A DNA stretch of 64,000 bases from Phoronis australis. Taxonomy: Eukaryota > Animalia > Phoronida. How positions within the stretch are numbered: the stretch's first letter is position 1; each line of letters starts with the position of its first letter. The stretch lies in the NCBI GenBank assembly GCA_002633005.1, contig NMRA01000072.1, forward strand, positions 78,335 through 142,334. Direction: 5' to 3'. Shown here piece by piece: positions 13,101-25,905 of the stretch. Under the pieces are notes generated by a model. That model had not been told where the DNA came from and made no database searches. It was given only the letters and a program-made list of their open reading frames with translations. Both the position numbers and the translations under genes were made by a program.

Positions 13101-16100
13101 GAGTGACGTGTGAGCAGCGTGCATGACCACAAATAGGTAGCGCGGTTGTTGGTGGGTCTTTGTTGGTCGACTGAAAACACTGCCGTAGAGTGTTCTTTTC
13201 AGGTTGTAAAAGCAGGTTTTTATGTACAGTTGGGCTAACCAAATCGGTTGACTTCGGACTATATACTATTACTCCCTGATCTCATCTTAGATTGAATTGA
13301 TCAAACGAGAAGCAGATGTCAGACATCTGGGCCATACTCAAATGCATCTGTTTTCGAGACTCAACTCCGTCACTTTTGCTTAGCCGGCCCGCGGCAGACC
13401 GTAGAACCCGTTAAAATCTAACACAGGTATAAGAGTACCATCGGAGATGGCAACAATTTGGGAGTAAAGCTAATGGGACCATCGGTTGTAATGCATGGCA
13501 ATATCCTGCGAAGTTTTGTGTGATCTTGCGTTTTCGCGAGGTTCTTGCGTCTACGGAACACACGCATTTGATGATTTCACGTCATACTTACATTTTCGAC
13601 ACACTAGAACCAACTATGGTCTTTTGGCGTTACTCGGGGCTGTATAAACCTGAGCGTAAAGTAGTTCCCTCCCCGGCAAAGTTTGAGAGCTCGCTGTCAA
13701 TGACCTGTCTCATGATCCCAGCACCCGCGTTGTCATGATTATCGTGCGAGAGGCGTCCCTTGCCAGTCTGAGAACAGGTTATCACCGTGACAACCTTCTT
13801 TTCTAAACCACAGGCGGATTTATAGGGGAGGAATAGGAAGCCCTGCTCTATGATATGAATTTTGTTTTTTAACGTGACAGGCTTCGTCTAACTACTGTGC
13901 ATAAAAATACCCTCTTGGAAAGCAGTGCTATCACTGAAGAGGCCACCCTCATTTTAAATATCACAATAATAAAAATAATAAAAAATAAAACATCTCATTC
14001 ATTCATAGACCCTCTAGTTGGCTGGGTATCAGTGACGTCGGAGTGCGCGCTCTGCAAATATAATAAGAGAGTAGTCCCACACAGACTTAAACAAAAGCAA
14101 TTAGGACATTTATTTTGCGTAATTATAACGATTATCGGTGCTTTGTGAACAAGACACGAAATCATGCTCGATTCTAATCTCGTCAAATTTGTGTAATCAA
14201 GAGAAAATGCCAATATCTTGTCAGTAGCGATCGATGTAATTAATCTGAGAAACAATAGGTCATTCTATCCATTAGGCAGACAGGTAATTGCAATGGGTAG
14301 GTAAGAACACTCCCCCATCATCGCCAGCGTCTTTACCCCTGAAAGCCAATCGTTCACATCTTGGAGCCTTGAGAGGTATCAATAATAGACACAAAAATGT
14401 TCTGACTGAGTCGTACCTGAACTGCTCATGAGCTTGTTCAATGAGCAAGCTTCAGTTGCCGGACGGGGGAGCTGTATGCTCATACCCTTAGAAATCAGTG
14501 ACTTCTTTCACAGTTAGCGTACAGTCTAAATAAATGTACGTTGTGACATCATGTCTACTGAGCAACAACCTTGCCAGTTGCAAGAAAGCCACGTATACTT
14601 AAAAATAAAAATAAAATGCTCAACCCTGATTTTTTCAGTAGAAGTTTTTCATTTTGCCGGTCAAATTTTACATTTATTTGTTTTCGTCTTTTTCAAGGTT
14701 TAATATAGGAGGTGATCTTCAACTTTTTGAAACCAAGATATTTTCTCGATTACACCGAAAAAAGGTGGCCTATTTCCTTACAAAAATATATTTTTGCCTG
14801 TTTCTATAGCAAAACGTCAATTTCTAGACCCAAAACCCTTCCGTGGTTTTCTCGTAGAGTTTGATTTTGACAGTGTATTTGACCCTGTTTTCAGTTCTCT
14901 TGTGTGTGTCTCTGTCCCTGATATGGCCATTAGTTTATAGTTCATATAGATGGAATATGCCTCTTGTAGTGTGACGTCTTCTGCCAATGTTTACGATTCG
15001 ACCAAAATTGACATTTTTTTTTACTTACGTTTTCTTCAACTATAGGCTCATCAGCCAGAACAAACGACAGAGGAGGATACGACAGAAGTCTCGCTCCTAA
15101 TCAATAGCGTTTTACATTTTTTGGTCAATGTGATGCATCGTATCCATAAGAGTACACGCAAAGTACAAAGCAACAGCAACAGGAACAATAAAATAACAGT
15201 TTTCATGTAAATGTTCTAGATTAAATCTCAAATATACTATTAAAGTTTTTAAAATTGTCAGATTTCGCTTTTGTTTTATTCAGCTGTTGACTTTTTATTA
15301 AAGCTCTGAAAGTCCCTTCTTGATAATCTCTCATGCAAAAGCATAACTGTAGAGTAGTGCATAAAACAGAGCATCTGAAAGTTTCATTTGAATCTGATCC
15401 GCAGCCCTCTATGAGAAATTGAGATACGATGTTCCAAATTTAGTCAATTTTTAGGACGTAACAAGGCGGATCCAACTTTTTACGAAAGGAGATGTCCAAC
15501 TAAAGCGATTGGTTTCTGAAGAGAGTTATATATCAAATATAATAAGTAGAAAACCGTAATGGGATTTAGTGTGGTAATCTTCACTTCCAGCGGTCTATAG
15601 AAATAAAAAAGATCGTCTATTTTTCCCGTGGTTCTTGTTTGCCGCTTTGACTAAAAAGGGAGTCCCTACCCTTATATCCCCTTTCTGGATCCGTTTATGG
15701 TATTATATAACTGCACAATATAATTCAATCTTAGACAAAAAGTGTAATTTTGTCCAATATTGTCAAGAAATTTTCATATAACATTAAGTACTATATGAAG
15801 TACATGTATTTGATATAGTATTGAGGCAGAAATACTATATGAAGTATTGGTCAATACTTTATTAAAAATGAATAATATAGTGAACATTCAACATGGAAAA
15901 TAGTACTTTTAAACGTTTTTACTGCTTTATAAAAATGAACCCCCTTAAGCAATCTTTTGTCAAGCATTAAACATTGATCCAGATCAATCGTGGTTTCATA
16001 TAATTTAGATCCGTGAATGCGCGCATGTGCGTGTGCGTGTACACGATATCTTCTTCCAACACGGATAAATTTCCCTCGATGTTTCAAGAAAAATGAAACA

Positions 16101-19100
16101 TTAAACAACCTTCTGTGACTTGCGAAACAAACTTTGAGATTCATAGAACGGAAAACCCCATTGGTTTCCCGGCACAGACACACAGTAGTCTCCTTGTCTA
16201 TTTTTCCCATCAATGGTATCCCTTAACAGTCTCAATACTGAGTGTCTGTGCACATTTTTGGACAACTCAAATACGGTAGGTCTCCTTCTGAATACAACTT
16301 TACTGTCGATGCTTCAACACCAACGCGCATCAAGTACTTCATCTGGATGAAGCATAATGTCCATTTACTAATACAAAATTTTTATTACAGCTCTGAACTG
16401 TCCTTCCAGTTCATGGACCATTTCCAATGGCGTCTGTTATTACCACGATAAGACAACAAGAACTTGGAGCGCCGCGAAGACTAACTGTGGGAATCTTGGA
16501 GGCTTCCTGTCCTATATTCATAATGATGCAGCCCACACTTTCGTGAAAAGTTTTGTACCTTCAACGTAAGTCATCAACATATCAAATGGATATTGGACCA
16601 TTTTTTATCCAATAAAGTGATATTTAAACGACAAAAGCTCATTTAAAGGGATACTCTTTGACGTGTCGAGTAGGACAAAGGTGTTTGAGGTTCACCAGCT
16701 ACAGAACACCTGTGCGTCGGCGCCATTGCTTGAAATGGCATTTCACGTGTAATCCACTAGTATTATATCTCATTCAGTGTAAACATTAGACGTTGACCAC
16801 CATCTCTAACTGGCTCAGTAGAGACAGTGGAGCTCCTATAGGCGCTTCATACGACGGAAGCTTTTCGGCGAATTATGCCTCGCACTGACTAAAACATCAA
16901 AGTCACGTTGTTATAAATACCTTTTGCCCATAGAGGGATACCTTAGGAGGCCGTCGATGTATATAATTCCTTTCAACTCGAACAAGACTCCCGTTATCAA
17001 ACTTTTTCTTCGAGCAGTCCCTCGTTCAGTTCCCAAAATCGGTAACTCGCCATTTTCACTCTGCGCACGCTAGGGGATATGACTTCATGCGCAAAAGGTA
17101 TTTATAACAACGTGACTTTGATGTTTTAAGCAGTGAGAGGCATAATTCGTCGAAAAGCTTCCGGCGTATGAAGCGCCTATAGGAACTCCACCGTCCTACT
17201 TGCCAGTACTGCAGCAGGACGGTGGTCACTGTCTATGTGAACATAAGACTACAAACCATCCATTGAATGTTTGCGTTTAATGGATAATTGGTCTCTCAGC
17301 GACGGAAAGAAAACTCCCTATGACTGAAACAAAACAAACATAGAACATTCGTCTGTCTCACTAGTTTAGAATAAGTTTTAAAAAAATCCGAAAAAACGCT
17401 TAGAATTACCGTTAACCTACAATTACGGCATTCACTGTGGGAAGTGTTTTAACGGAATAAAATAACTTAGTGATTTTTGCTCAGTGATGTACTAATTGAG
17501 CTGCAGCAACGACTGCACGGAGCCGGTTTCGTACGAAATCACCAAAACAGGGTTAAGTATCCTTATATCTTCATCGTGTTTGTATATTTAACATAGCTTG
17601 ATAGTTTGGCCGTAGTAAAATATTCAGCAAGGTATAAAATCTTCGGGGAAAATGCTTGTGTGATATATGAATGCTTTGTTTTGGGCATAACTCATTTTCT
17701 GAGCCATTCGCGAAACGAAAGAATACGGAACTAAAGATCAAAGAGAAATCTAAAGAAGGTAAAAGGACTTTTAGCGCAGAAAATTTGTTTAGCAAGTCTT
17801 TTTTAGACCTCTCCGTCTCTCCTTTGGCTAAATAGATTACAATATCGCCGCGCCATTAGGCCTATGGGTGTCTGTGAGTTACCACGCGTATATGCGAAAC
17901 TTAGGCGCATGCTCCAATATGCAAACTTGAAAAAGGCTGTGAAAAAAGGCATTATTTCGTATATAGGCCCCTCAAGGCGCGGCCACACAGTATTGGCGAG
18001 TCACCCTTAGCCATTTTGATTTTCCGTTTTTACAGGTTCAGCGACCACTGATCCATGAGTTGGCTTAAGGAAATTGTAATTTAAAATAAGACGTCTATTT
18101 TCTGACCCTCAATGACTGAAAAATTGCACAATCGTTAACATTCACGTAGAAAAAGCAAAGCACCAAACATGCATACATAACATGAGAAACTGCAATGGCG
18201 CGAAAACGAGGCCAGAGAACTGCTAGACGGATGTTGCAACATAGTGGGCAAATACCCCGAAATTCAAATGTCATTGTTCTATTGAAGTTGTCGCTTCTGT
18301 CGCAAAATAAGACTCATTTCGTTTCATTTCCCTTCGATGAACATGACGGCGGATCCCTTTATTTGTTGTAAACGCTAAAGTGACTTTAATGGCGCATTGA
18401 TATTTGTCTCTAAATGAAAGTATGCTCTTGTTTTAAACTCAAGCTACGCATATTTCTGGATTGGCGTCAGTGATGAAGGCTCAGAAGACACGTGGAAGAC
18501 GGTGGAAGGGAACGCGGTGTCCTTCACTAAATGGACTAGCAGTCCTCTTCAGCCAAACGGCGGGACAAATGAAAACTGTTGTGCTCCTGATGCCAGCCGA
18601 TCCCACCTGTGGTTCGACAGACCATGCAGTGGAACACTTACTTCGCTTTGTCAGTATCCTAAACCGGTAAGACGAACATAACGAGCAACAGCGCTTACCC
18701 AGGTACCTCAGCTCGATGATGTAGATCATATTTACTCTCCAACTCAAAAGCTCCACATTGAAGTTGTTATGCAGTTCTGTATAAAATACTACATTAACTT
18801 CAGACCTGTGACAATTCTGGTCGGCAGAGCTGACCCAAATTGTCACTTTTTTGAAGCTGTGGCAATTTGGGACGGTGTGACAATTTGGGCCAGCACAGAG
18901 TCAAACGTAAATAGGTAGGAAGAAAAATTCACAAAGCAATGTCAATAATGCAGCAAATTTTACTTTTTCAAAACACACCTTCAAACCTGATGATAGAACG
19001 ATTGAAATCCTGGAACTTTGTTGGCACACCCGACGTGCTTCAGCCGTTTGCACACAGAAACAGCTAGTTAAGATAAAACATTTCGAAATGTCACTTTATT

Positions 19101-22100
19101 TGAGATTCACTTTTTATTTTATTTTATTTTAATTTTCAATGTCTGATTATTTCAGGTTATGTAGGACCTTAGAAAAATGTCCAAATTCGGTCAAATTCGG
19201 AACATCACTCTGGGAAATGACTAATGGGGTTCATATGAAACTTTCAGATACTATGTTTTATTGTTTGTTCTCCAAAACTCAAGTAGGAGTTCTTTTTAAG
19301 ATGTTTTATTTTTTCATGAGGGGCTAATATATATGAAAAAATAATAAAATGTTATGCCCACCGACATTTTAATGACTACTTGCTTTGTTTTTGCAGAGTG
19401 AGGTGTCAAGTCAAACAGGTAAGTGGTTTGGTCTACCTTATATACATACATATATGCGTATGCGTATACCTATATGTAGCGATAGGTATATCATGTAAAC
19501 ATAGGACAGACTACTGCCTGCATTCTTTTTAGTATTCGAATTCGTGTACGTATATTCAAAAGAATGCAAGCAGTAGTCTATCCTATATGTTTACAGGATA
19601 GACCTATCATTACATATAGCATTTACCATGTCAATCATTGTTTATGATTGGACTGTCTGGGTAGTATCGTATAAAGATAATTAATTTATTTGTTTTTTTC
19701 CGCACACATTCATATAAGAGAACGAGAAGGTGTTGTCACATTCAAAACACCCCAGTGTCAGAGACCGAATTGGTATCATTTTGTTCGTTACAGTGCTTAG
19801 ATTACCGACAACTTGAACAATGAAAAGCATGTTAAAATACGCGAAACATTTTGTTTCGGCTTCATGGTATATCGTATAAATTGAGTGAATCACTGAGATG
19901 AGCGAGAATTCAACAGCTGTTTCCAGTGAGTGACAACATAGAGTAAGCCTGTTAAGGCCACAGTGTGTGCTTTATCGGCCGTTACGCCAAGTCCTGTTTA
20001 CAAACTGTCTACCTTGTTGACAGAGAGAACGACGTTCGATAACACCTTCCATTGAATCAAACGGCTGTACTTCATGAAGAATATGTGGAATGCTTCGATT
20101 CGCTTTGTCAGTTCCTGACATTTACCGACAATTCCGCATTTTCGACAACAACTCTCCTGACTTGGTTTCGCCATTCTTAGTTCATGGACCTACTGCAAAT
20201 TACATCACCAGTAGAGTCGTTACCTGTGTGCTCGGGAATTGAACAGTTAGTGATCTCAAACCTTTTTAGTGACTTCAATTCTAATTCATGGGCGGCACAT
20301 CGCTGAAAAAAGTGGGTCTATAATCCCCCCAGCCCTCCTGTGGTGCANNNNNNNNNNNNNNNNNNNNNNNNNCCCCCTATGGTGCGCCACCCATGTAATT
20401 CATACATCAAACAAACAGGCTATGTCAACTAGTAAAGCTATATATTTTCTGAAAAAATCAGGGATTATTAAAATATGTCTTATATTTAGGCGCCATTGTT
20501 ATTATTACGTTACAACCTTTTAATAACCCATCGGACGATTATCACGAAAAAATTTGAATGAAAACTTTACAATTTACCTTAAAAACGATGAAAGAATTTT
20601 TCGATTACTCGATTAGTTTTGTTTTTGTGCCAAATTAATTCGCAAAAAGTAATTCGGCAATCTTACGGCTCACAAAAAACAAGGCGTTTGAAACGAAAGT
20701 CCTAACAGCATTTTTGAGATCAATGAAATCCACCGATCCGTTTTTGAGAACTCGCTATTGCACCCAGGACCAAATGTTTACGCTTCAGACCATGTGCCAA
20801 AAATATAACACTAAGCCCGGAGGTCCTTTTTATTGTATTTTTGTCGACTTTTCGAAGGCGTTTGACAGAGTTCCCCACATGGTACTCTGGTATAGATTAC
20901 AAAAGATTGGTGTGCATGGTAACCTACTTAAAGTCTTGAAATCAATGTACAGCAAATTACGAGAAGAGTTAACAGACCTTTTTTTACTGTTCTGTCGGCA
21001 CCAGACAAGGCTGTATGATCAGCCCACTATTATTTATCATGTGTCTAAACGAATTTATCGAAGTCTTAGATGCCCAAAACATTAGAGGGTTTATATCAAT
21101 GAAGAGGCTCAAGAAGTCAACTGGCTGATGTATGCTGATGACATGGTTCAGTGTTTGAGCACTCATTACGTAGGTTTATAGCTGCTCTGTAACAACGGAT
21201 TTTTGGGACTACGAGTCTTTCTGAAAAATAGTTAAGCCCGTATACGTCTATTATCCAGGTACATTTTGTCACAATAGCGCTTGTGGAATATTGCAAATTA
21301 CTTCGTAAACCTGCTTTACACAGATCGGACTAAAAGTCTATCGTAATGAGCCTCGTGGCTGGCCAGAAATAGAACTTTTGTTATCTTCTTTAGAAAATAA
21401 CATTCGATGGAATGTTTCTTCCCGGCTGTTTCCTTGTGTATGCGTATTTAAACACATTACCTGTACATGAAGCTACGGAATTAGGCACATTTCGAATACT
21501 TCAATAAAAATCGAGGGGTCATTTTTTGATGTAGCCTGTGAGTGAAACTTAGCAAAACAGCAGTTGTTAACATGTAGTCAATTTAACATTTATTATTTGA
21601 ATAAAAAACACAAATAACGGTCAAAAGACGCGCAAAACAACCCATAAAACATGCACATTTACCCGGGATAAACTACAAGTGAAGTATAGTCGTATGCGCC
21701 TGTAATATGTAAAACACTCAGGCGGCCCAGAAGCTAACTTTTGATTTAGACCATATGCTCTTTAGAAGAAAATTGATTTTACAAAGAACTGGCAGTTCAC
21801 TATTCCTTAAGGCCATGCCTTGATACGCCATGACAAACCAACATGTTGAGCCTGTCTCTCAAGCAATAACGAAGTCCCGTGGATCAATTTGAGACCAGTT
21901 TCATAACGGTATGTCGTCGAAATCAAGCCAAGGTTTTTGTGATAGAAGGCCGACTTACAGTTGCTTTAATCAAATAAAAAACGCAGTAAAATCGGAGCAA
22001 GGGCATATATCGTTCTTTATATCTATTTTACAGTGGACGGTGGTTGGACTACCTGGAGTTGGGGATCGTGCAATGTCACGTGCGGAGGGGGATCACAGAC

Positions 22101-24743
22101 GGGGACAAGGACGTGTACCAACCCTGCACCTGCAAATGGCGGCGCTCCGTGCTCAGGAAGTGATTCTCAAACTCAGACATGCAACACCGACGGCTGTCCC
22201 GGTAAGATTGTCGCTGTGAAAACGTTTGTTATCCGGGGATGCTTATGAACATACTTGTACGACAAGTGCGACCCAGTTGAGCGCGCTTTTCACGGCCAGA
22301 TTCAGGGCCTACTTTTTGCGTTATGAACTGTACTGGAGTCAAATTTAGAATTCAAACAAGTATAAGATATTTTATTTAGGCCTCAGTTTTGAATTAAAAG
22401 GATCAGAATCCAAAGAGTTGTCTATTCACTTTTTGAAATCAATAAATAAGCAAATTCGCAGGCTTATAAGAATCTACAAAAGATTATGATATGGGAAAAC
22501 CTTACAATGGGGACCTCTAGTTCAACAAATTGTGAGTCTCCTATAATCGTGCTTACTTTCTGAAACGGTAAGTATTTTTTTCTCGCCGACTTTCTAAAGA
22601 ATACTATTAGGTATTCTAATTTTCTAGCGACGCACCACGTCAAAACTTTACAAACCAGTGTCGCCGGGCTAGTACAACGCCAGTAAAACCGTGCACATTT
22701 TTGTGACACCGTACACATTTTTGTGACAGCGGAATAAAACATGAAACTCGTTAAAAATTGAAAGTCATTTGTACTGGGGTCTGTAAATCGATTGCCTAGT
22801 CCAAAACTCAGTAATCGACAATACCAGTATAGCAATGCAACGCGTGTTGGGCTGCATTATGTTGTTATCTCGTAATTGCGAAATGACACATTGGCGCCCA
22901 AAGCTCCAACAGACTTTGGTATTTTTGTCCGAGGTAGTCTGATGGCCACAGTATGCGCTTATACTAGACTATGGTGTGTATTTTACAGTGGACGGCGGTT
23001 GGTCTGCATGGAGTAGTTGGGAGTCTTGTACAGCTTCCTGCGGAGGTGGTTTACAGACGGCGTCAAGGACGTGTACGGATCCTGAACCTGCAAATGGTGG
23101 TGCAGATTGTTCAGGGGACGATTTTCAAATGCAGGAATGCAATACTGATGACTGCCCAGGTATAGCTATTGTAGTGGAAATGAATGGTTGAAACCTTTGA
23201 GCTTTCACGGAGTCTCTTACGCATCCGCAAAAGACAAATTGGGGGAAGTGGACACAACACCCGTTGATTTTTTGCGAAAAGGGTAAAACGTCATTTAGAA
23301 AAGAATTGTGGGATATCGGTCGTCCAAAGCAAAACCACAAGTTGGCGTAGAATAGTTCAGTTCATCTGCAAGCAGATGAAGTGACATCTATCCACTATCA
23401 TTTCCCAGCTTACCGAGCAGACGATCACCTTGTACGTGGTCACACCTTGATTCTGGATTGGTCGACTAGAATCCCACAACTCCATACACTGGGATGCGCA
23501 CGGATCGGTTTTCTCTATCAGTAAAAAGTCGTTGCGCAACTCAAAGCGGCTATAAACGCCTGTTTTGTCCAAGAGAAACAATTTTTAATTTAAACGATTC
23601 ACCGCAATAAAATTGGTCTCAACATGTTCCTTACTTAGACGAGAAGTCACTCTTGTGTTTGCAAAGAACTGGTAGTTCGTTATTCCTTGAGACCATGCTC
23701 GGCGCATCAAATGACACGTCGTGACATGCCACTGTAGAGCCTGGTCTCGAACAATAACGAATTGTCAGTTCTTTCAAAGCCCTGAAATCACCTGTAATTT
23801 GACAAAGGCACAATTTGAGTCCAACGGCAATACTTGTGGACTTTAAATCAAGAGTTGATTTGTGCGATGGAATTCGGGTTACATATTTCTTGCCATTTGT
23901 CGTTTTCGAAGCTAAGACCATTAAATTTGGTTTAAAACTGATACATGAAGGTAGGTCTTTAAGGACCGACTAGAAAGAANTGCAAAGAACCGGTAGTTCG
24001 TTATTCCTTGAGACCATGCTCGGCGCATCAAATGACACGTCGTGACATGCCACTGTAGAGCCTGGTCTCGAACAATAACGAATTGTCAGTTCTTTCAAAG
24101 CCCTGAAATCATCTGTAATTTGACAAAGGCACAATTTGAGTCCAACGGCAATACTTGTGGACTTTAAATCAAGAGTTGATTTGTGCGATGGAATTCGGGT
24201 TACATATTTCTTGCCATTTGTCGTTTTCGAAGCTAAGACCATTAAATTTGGTTTAAAACTGATACATAAAGTAGGTCTTTAAGGACCGACTAGAAAGAAA
24301 AACGAGAGCGTGCACAATCTTTTGAGCAACAGTTACGGATCTTGTACATCAGTCACGTGAGGAATGTCTTCCTGGTCTTTTCAACATGTACACAAAATAT
24401 GTCAGACAAGATTACATTCAATAATTTTAAGGTTAAATATCAAGTGTTCATGCTTTTTTCAGATCCATGTGTGTACATCCATCCAGGCGCCGACCCCATC
24501 AGTAGCTCTCTTGTTAATGACCCTGATACCAAGCTATTTTCGAGAGAAAAGAATTCTTCTAATTTCCGGATTGTGAACAGCATTCCTTCAGAAACACTGT
24601 CATTTAAAATAACAAGTGGAGTCACGTCAGAAATCGTCTGCCTTGGTTTGTGCTCAAAACAAACCTGTTGTGTCCACGCGATATATTCTGAAACCATATC
24701 CAACTGTTGGTATGTCCGAGTGTCGGACTCGCGCATAGATTAA
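10147..24743 (+). CDS. Gene A: secreted C-type lectin / 2x thrombospondin type-1 / PAN-like mosaic protein, 363 aa, 7 coding exons
   Basis: join(10147-10198,16391-16565,18444-18666,19397-19418,22034-22201,22989-23159,24463-24743) = 1092 nt, open frame, all introns GT-AG with matching phases. Exon sizes 52/175/223 are identical in paralogue B. Confidence 0.88.
11081..11675 (-). mobile_element. Kolobok-like MITE with ~120 bp terminal inverted repeats carrying a decayed THAP domain
   Basis: Left GAAGGCAACC..TTTAGTAGAAATACGGCTCGTTGATTATCC..; right ..GGATAATCAACGAACCGTATTTTTACTAAA..GGTTGCCTTCTCCT|TTAA. Minus strand encodes [19 protein letters not shown] and [27 protein letters not shown] (THAP). 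Confidence 0.75.
12742..12881. mobile_element. 140-bp MITE
   Basis: TIRs GGGCAGAGTTCAGTAACGC...CGCTAAAA / TTTTAGCG...GCGTTACTGAACTCTACCC. Confidence 0.7.
16391..16565 (+). CDS. Gene A exon 2: N-terminal half of the C-type lectin domain
   Basis: [44 protein letters not shown]...; TACAG| acceptor and |GTAAGT donor; phase 1 to 2. Confidence 0.92.
16787..17235. mobile_element. MITE with TAGAC...GTCTA termini and ~140 bp inverted arms
   Basis: 16787-16935 and 17087-17235 are inverted copies of each other. Further copies lie at 430-644 and 59873-60140. Confidence 0.85.
18444..18666 (+). CDS. Gene A exon 3: C-terminal half of the C-type lectin domain
   Basis: [17 protein letters not shown]...FTKW...[11 protein letters not shown]...WFDRPC...LCQYPKP (WIG motif); phase 2 to 0. 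Confidence 0.95.
19397..19418 (+). CDS. Gene A micro-exon (22 nt, SEVSSQT), phase 0 to 1
   Basis: TTTGTTTTTGCAG|AGTGAGGTGTCAAGTCAAACAG|GTAAGT. Needed to join the phase-0 lectin exon to the phase-1 TSP1 exon. Confidence 0.8.
19470..19619. repeat. 150-bp palindromic (hairpin) element
   Basis: CTATATGTA..GATAGGT..TGTAAACATAGGACAGACTACTGCCTGCATTCTTTT / AAAAGAATGCAAGCAGTAGTCTATCCTATATGTTTACA..ACCTATC..TACATATAG. Confidence 0.8.
20750..21150 (+). mobile_element. LINE reverse transcriptase fragment, degenerate
   Basis: DQMFTL...[19 protein letters not shown]...G; then [13 protein letters not shown] and LMYADDMV in shifted frames. Confidence 0.9.
21775..21975. repeat. Dispersed repeat family copy
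   Basis: CAAAGAACTGGCAGTTC..TATTCCTTAAGGCCATG...GAGCCTG..TCTCAAGCAATAACGAA is shared with 23660-23960 and 51910-52140. Confidence 0.6.
22034..22201 (+). CDS. Gene A TSP1 exon 1
   Basis: [20 protein letters not shown]...[17 protein letters not shown]...CNTDGCP; 168 nt, phase 1-1. Confidence 0.95.
22989..23159 (+). CDS. Gene A TSP1 exon 2
   Basis: [21 protein letters not shown]...[17 protein letters not shown]...CNTDDCP; 171 nt, phase 1-1. Confidence 0.95.
23660..24299. repeat. ~320-bp near-identical tandem duplicate separated by a single N (probable assembly artefact)
   Basis: 23660-23979 and 23981-24299 differ at only a few positions; N at 23980. Confidence 0.85.
24463..24743 (+). CDS. Gene A terminal exon: Cys-rich PAN/apple-like domain
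   Basis: DPCVYIHP...[21 protein letters not shown]...[12 protein letters not shown]; polypyrimidine acceptor; AATAAA near 24875 and 25028. Confidence 0.9.
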
Positions 24744-25624
24744 TCGCCACATCAAAACTATCTTTGGGATAAACATTACAAAAAATCACGATGTGAGCAA
24801 AAAAAACTCTGAGTAACAAGATTTTGTTATGAACAAGCACATCCCGTTTTGAAATTTCAAAAACGTTCTTGACAAATAAAAGTTCATAAATCATGATTTC
24901 GCAAGTGTTGGTACTGCGAAATAGGCGGAGTTTCTGTATTCTTGCTCACTATTATTCATAGGTTGGCTCTTTGCCAATAACTTAGCATTTGTCGATACTC
25001 TTGATGTCCTATCTGTGTGTAATTTTAATAAACGTTAGTTTCATTCTTCTGCTGGTTCATTCATTTTTTATCTGACTTTCTCAGTTGATATTTCACTCTC
25101 ACCTACTCAAAATAAGTAAGTCGCAAACAAACGTCACAACGTAATTAAGTCTAATTCTAAAGCTTTCTCCACGGTCTTAAGTTCCCGTTGTTGCACATTC
25201 TGTTATTGGTTAGCCCAAAATATAGCATTGTTGGCACTTTGGCTCTGGTCTCATTTCTTCGCAAAAAGAAAATGCACTTGAGAGTAGCAAAAATGTTTTT
25301 TACTCATCGCTTGGCAAATTGTGGCGTTTCGAATCTTGCTTTTGAGCTTTTGTGCAGCTTTCCAACAACAAAATCAAGTAACAGAGACATTTGCAAAAAA
25401 TGATGCGTGGGGGCGTTTTTTTTTTTTGTAATCGGTTACTGCTGGTGTCAAGCTGTATCGCGATAGAGCCCACAGCCAACTAATCTTTTTTGAACGATTT
25501 GCCCCCTTCCCGTCCAGGAAAAAATTTCTGTTCTTTCCTCTAAAAATCAAGCATTTCCGTTGATTCCTGAAGTATTATCCAAGAAACAAAAACACGGAGA
25601 ACGTGTCAAACTTGAAAAACTGCA

Positions 25625-25695
25625 ATCACCACAGACCCGAACTCACGACCTGGCGGATATAGCACGCGTGCTTTACCACTACACCACCACGATTT
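25625..25695 (-). other. tRNA-derived segment (Pol III A/B boxes), SINE-head-like
   Basis: Minus strand: TGGTGTAGTGG (A box, 25686-25676) and GAGTTCGGGTC (B-box-like, 25644-25634), 31 nt apart; no convincing cloverleaf. Confidence 0.5.
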
Positions 25696-25770
25696 CACTC
25701 CATAGACCCTATTCACGCCGACAGGAGGCGCTTTCCAAAACGAGGCTCGCTACGATAGCTCTGGTGGCTT

Positions 25771-25905
25771 ATGCGTAGTTGTACTTCGCGTTGCTCGAAC
25801 AGCTAGAAAAAATACGGACACTCTGTTTTACAATCCCTAAGGACGTTAGGATTCGGAAGCGTTGGGTCCTTGCCATACGCCGCGACGAAGGAAAATATGT
25901 CCGTG
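25771..25905 (+). mobile_element. Decayed THAP-domain fragment of a DNA transposon
   Basis: MRSCTSRCSNS*... then, in a shifted frame, CFTIPKDVRIRKRWVLAIRRDEGKY (THAP 'FPxD..R..W..AIRR' motif). Confidence 0.65.

Noticed and set aside
23660-24299. Tandem ~320-bp duplication producing twin ORFs ([10 protein letters not shown]...)
   Set aside because: The copies are nearly identical and joined by a single N, which is typical of an unmerged contig or haplotype overlap. The unit is a dispersed non-coding repeat and the ORFs have no recognisable motif.
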